Of a stretch of 64,000 nucleotides of DNA, positions 59,095 through 64,000 are shown piece after piece. Location: NCBI GenBank assembly GCA_964016885.1, contig OZ024749.1:30380001-30444000 (forward strand), in the 5' to 3' direction. The DNA is from Eledone cirrhosa (Eukaryota). Both the position numbers and the translations under genes were made by a program. The notes under the pieces are model-generated. The model searched no databases. It worked only from the letters and a program-made list of their open reading frames with translations, and was not told the DNA's origin. The stretch's first letter is position 1; every line of letters starts with the position of its first letter.

Positions 59095-59273
59095 TTCTTC
59101 GATATTTGTTATCATTTTTGTCGTTCGAGTTCCGCGGTTCGATTCTATTGAATCTGAAGTCAGATGGAAGCGAAATTTGACATATCTTCGATATTTGTTA
59201 TCATTTTTGTCGTTCGAGTTCCGCGGTTCGATTCTATTGAATATGAAGTCAGATGGAAGCGAAATTTGACATC
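59095..59273. repeat. Tandem duplication of about 89 bp
   Basis: TCTTCGATATTTGTTATC...GAAATTTGACAT occurs twice. Confidence 0.9.
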
Positions 59274-60571
59274 TCCAAATACCAACAACCATTCAATCAA
59301 TTAATGCCTTTTAATCAGTTGCCCCTCCAGGATTCGTCATCTATGATCTAACGACATTTCTTTTCATGTTACATTGCGGCCATTTTACTAATATGCGTGC
59401 CATTTCTGTCACGTGCCATTAATCTTTATAGAATAATTCCCTCGTGTTCTTCTTTTATGAAATAATGTGAAATGTACCCTAAATTTCTGGTCGGTTGTCA
59501 ATTTACAGAAACACTTTATTTGTAATGCGTTAACTCTCAAGAAAAGTGTTGCTGAAGGGAAATTAGAGTGTTGCATCGAATACTTCTCATTATTCAATTG
59601 CATTAAATTATGTCCAATTGCATTCAACGATCAAATTCTAACAAGGTTTATTGAATTCAACCCCGTCATGATCGACAAGACATGTTGTGCACATGTGTTC
59701 GTTAACACAGCTATTCAATTTTCCTACACATTGGCGACAGCCAGAACAATGCATCCATCTAATATAACAGCGAGCATAGGAAAGTACTATTATTTCACTT
59801 GACCAAGCCCAATAGTATCTTAATAATTAATATATACATCTGTGATTAGATATAAGAGCGTGTAAACTCGAGGGAAGAAGTGAAGAATTTACAAGTCACA
59901 ATATTTTGTGTTTAGGGACGTCTATTTATCGCTTTAATTTACATGAAGTATTGTGTCCAGGTTATGAATTCCAACGTCGATAGAATACGGAGAGGAAATA
60001 ATTTTTAACCTATATTTCACAAGTTGGAAATATGGTAATATGATCCTGTATCGGTACCTTTATGAAAAGGGGGGAAGAGGATGTTCCCAATATGAACTGC
60101 CGAGAGAAAAATCGTCAGGGAACCCAAATCCTTCAAGAAAAGCTGGAACGATGTATCGATAGATGCAACTGACCTTAGACATTGGAGCACTTCGGCGGCC
60201 TCATGTGTCTCATAACGCGGAAGCTTCTAAGTGCGTCTTTCCATTCTTACCTTAATCGACACTATCTCCTAGTTACATTCTACAGGTTATGCCAATTCAT
60301 TGGTAATTTGGTAATCTCTTTATTTTCCTTTCGATGATTTTAGTCATTCTACATCATAAATGATGAGCTAGAATCTTGCAATCGATTAGATCAAAACCAG
60401 CGAGAGCGATTAGAAAACAGAATTTTAGCTTTGTACATGAGTTCGTTTGTATTTCTTGGCTCCGGTGAAATGTTTTCGTTATTCCAATATTTTCCGTAAG
60501 ATGAGAAGCAAAAATCAAAGGAAACATATTCTATAATTTCATAAGTGGGATGTACTACAATTGCAATAGGC

Positions 60572-60612
<41 letters not shown>

Positions 60613-61177
60613 TGACGAGGGACTAATTTTATAATATGTAACCCATGTGCAACCACGCAGTATTTCTCTCTCCTTCTTCTCATGTTTTTTTATACATATT
60701 TACCTCGGCTGCGTTGTCTGTTTCTCTCTTTCTCTCTCACTGCTCCCCCGTTCTCTCTGTTTCTCTCACCTTCTTTCGCCCCCTCTGTCAGTTACACTTT
60801 CTCTCGACAGACCTCTTCCTCACACTTCCACTCACTCACTCTCTGTTTCTCCCCTTCTTACTTCCTCCCGTTTCGTTGGTAGTGAGGTTCTTTCCTTCTT
60901 TCTCACATCTCACTCACGGCGGACGGTCTGTATTCTGAACGCTCATGAAATTCACCCAGTTTATGCTGACCGGATAACCATGTTGCTTGTTATTTTTCCT
61001 ATCTTCGGTTTGCCTTTATCCTTCTATGTTGTTTACTTGTCTCACTCGCTTTACGCGACTCACTTGTCACAATAGCTTTTTTTAGTTATTGCTCGCACCA
61101 ACCTGAGGTATATGATTTTTAATGCGATGAAATGCCAATGATGGTTGGCAAATCACTGACGAGGGACTAATTTTATA

Positions 61178-61232
<55 letters not shown>

Positions 61233-61320
61233 GTACGTGTGACTGTGGCTGTATTGTGAATTACATTACAGAGGCCTATTGTGATTGTACTACATCCTAC
61301 TTATGAAATTATAGAATATA

Positions 61321-61429
61321 TATTCCGATGATTTGATCAGAGACATACACTATATTTAAGGTCGAGTGACGCAACTTTGAGTGATTAATGGCTTTTCGAC
61401 TCGCCTGATCAATGAAACAATTGTTAATA
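61321..61429 (+). ncRNA. Type I hammerhead, U4C variant, long stem II
   Basis: TATT-CCGATGA-t-TTGATCAG..CTGATCAA-t-GAAA-CAATTG-TT-AATA. Confidence 0.7.
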
Positions 61430-61533
61430 CTGTAAATAAGAGCCTTTTTGTACAGCCAACCATGTTATATATATATATATATATATATATTTAAAAACAA
61501 AGACTTATACACAATGCGCGCGCGCACGCACGC

Positions 61534-61645
<112 letters not shown>

Positions 61646-61800
61646 ATAACTGCATAAACTGTTACGCATGTCTGCGTGCGTAGATATAATTTATATAAAT
61701 GTATGTGTGTGTATGTGTGTGTGTGTGTACGTACATTTATATGTATATATTTGCATCATTGCAAACATTTGTGAATGCCTATCTATCTATCTATCTATCT

Positions 61801-63338
61801 GACCCGTGTTTAGGGGCTGGATTGCTGCAATGCACAGCAGCAACATCTACTCAAGGGTCAAGGTGAACGGCTACCTCTCGGAGCCGTTCCATATCACGCG
61901 ATCCATCCGACAGGGATGCACTCTCTCCTCCCTTCTGTACGTTCTGACTCTCGAGCCACTACTGCGGAGATTGGAGCTATTGCAGGGCATCCCTTTGTAA
62001 CCAGGACTGCGAAAAGCGGCGTCGGCTTACACCGACGACGTAACAAAAATGGTGTCGAACACCTCGCAAATCGGCTAGGTCGGCACCATACTGAAGGAAT
62101 ACGAACGGTTCACAGGAGCGAAGCTGAACCGGGACAAATCCGTCGGTTTGCAATTCGGAACGTGGAGAGGCAAACCGATGCCTTCCGATGGCGTCGTCGG
62201 ATGCTGGACGGAAGGACCGGTAAAGCTGCTCGGGGTCTGGTTTGGTCCGGACCTCCAGGTGGAGAAGAACTGGAACGAGGCCACGGCCAAGGTGTTTGCG
62301 TCCACCCAGAGGTGGGCCGAATGCAAACTATCATTGAAAGGTCGAGCGGAGGTGGCTAACACTTTTATAGCGTCCATCATCTACTACCGCTTGACCGTCG
62401 TGCCTTATCCAGCCAAAACGCTCACCAAAATGGAGCGGGTGCTCTTCCAATTCCTTTGGAAGAAGCGGGCTTCTTTGGTGAGAAGATCCATCTGCTGCCA
62501 ACACCCTTCTGGGGATGCCGTGGCTGAGGATGCGCAAACACGCGCTCAGCCTGCGGCACTTCCACGTATTCCTCACCGGACAACTGGTGTGTGCCCCGTT
62601 CATAAGGCGAGCATTCCCACGACTTATCTCGCTGACCGAGCTTCAGTCCTGGGTCAAGCAAAGACCGAGGAAAATGGGCGACTGGTTTATTAAATGTGCC
62701 CAGGCGCTCACAGCCCTCTAGCAGGCGGATCCGGCGATCAGTGGAGACTCCACTTCGTCATTCTATAGAGGGCTGGTCCGCAGCAAGTGCGACGACGCGC
62801 TCGGAGAAACTCTAGGCGTAGAGGAAGATGAACTGGCCAGTCTGTACGGTAGAACCTTCCACCCGGGACCGATGGACAACTTCCAAAAGTCCCTGGCCTG
62901 GCAGTGCTCCTGAGGAGCTCTACCAGTTCGAGACAAGCCCGGGAAGGGACCCTTCGAAAAAGATCTGACCGAGATGCGTGCGCGACGAGGAAACCGTCGC
63001 GCACGCATTTGTACACTTCCCGGGCGATACCGACCTGTGGGGCTATATAGAACGACTATTGTTGCGGGTGGGACCAATCCAGTTGACCTGTAGGTTGAGG
63101 AAAAAGAGAAAGAGAGGAGGGGACTACTCACTCTTGGTGCTCCTGGAGATGAGGGTTGTACATTTTTTCGGGGTATGTACAACCCTTGTGTAACGCCCCC
63201 CCCCCCCCCCTATTGGGGATTTCAATTGTTATTTGTTATTTTATTAATAGTTTTATTTTCATATACCTGTATGTAAACTCCCCATTTGTATTTGTCCTCT
63301 TCTTTTGTGCCCTTGTGGCTAATAAAGAAGTTTATCTA
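61801..63338 (+). mobile_element. 5'-truncated, frameshifted Tx1/L1-clade LINE (RT plus C-terminal zinc-binding region)
   Basis: VKVNG..SEPF.ITRSIRQGCTLS.LLY.L.LEPL, YTDDV, GAKLN.DKS, KLLGVWF, C..DEETVAHAF motifs; AATAAA at the 3' end. Confidence 0.9.
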
Positions 63339-63341
63339 GCA

Positions 63342-63428
<87 letters not shown>

Positions 63429-63433
63429 AATAA

Positions 63434-63482
<49 letters not shown>

Positions 63483-63534
63483 TATATATATATATATCTG
63501 CATATATATGTATATATATATATATATCTGCATA

Positions 63535-63597
<63 letters not shown>

Positions 63598-63968
63598 TTG
63601 TGTGTATGTCAGTGTTTGTGTGCGAGTGTGTGTGTATGTATAAGCGCGTGTGCGTCTGTTTATGCATTATACGTGTCTCTGTATTAATGCGTGGAGAACA
63701 ATATCTCTGTGAGATGAATACCATTTGTTTTGATTTGTATATAATAAATACTTCAATACACGAGGCCTTATTAGCCAGAGTTCTCGGTAACTTCTAAAAT
63801 CTTCTCTCTTCTTCTAAAACTAATATATCTCATAATACAATGTACTACTATATATACACTCATCGTTATATCATATTATTGTATTCTTGCAATATATACC
63901 CTGGAAATACTTCAAATTTCCTCTTAACCTATTGCAATGATATTTATTGCCGACGAGAATATAATAGC

Positions 63969-64000
<32 letters not shown>

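Noticed and set aside
58500-59800. Protein-like minus-strand frames
   Set aside because: Multiple stops and no recognisable motif; possibly a decayed transposon but not supportable.

Overview
Very AT-rich, microsatellite-dense eukaryotic DNA, probably an intron or intergenic stretch of an octopus or other coleoid genome (inferred from the SINE types and the (TA)n load). Almost all listed ORFs are translated microsatellites. The main signal is that the short unique islands between (TA)n tracts are a large set of Penelope-like (PLE) or retrozyme-like retroelement ends from about 15 families. Most carry a type I hammerhead ribozyme motif (CUGANGA-stem II-GAAA-stem III-UH), several with non-canonical or compensatory cores. 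Many are arranged as fold-back insertions with fixed arm endpoints. Two copies keep an open GIY-YIG endonuclease frame (20211-20702 and 43381-43747) just upstream of the ribozyme. The window also holds two tRNA-derived SINE families, a 5'-truncated Tx1/L1 LINE in (CTAT)n, an RTE 3' fragment, mariner/hAT/Helitron non-autonomous elements, 24-bp and 39-bp tandem arrays, and a few candidate minus-strand exons. All calls were made by eye; nothing was run through databases or folding software, and the family letters are my own labels.
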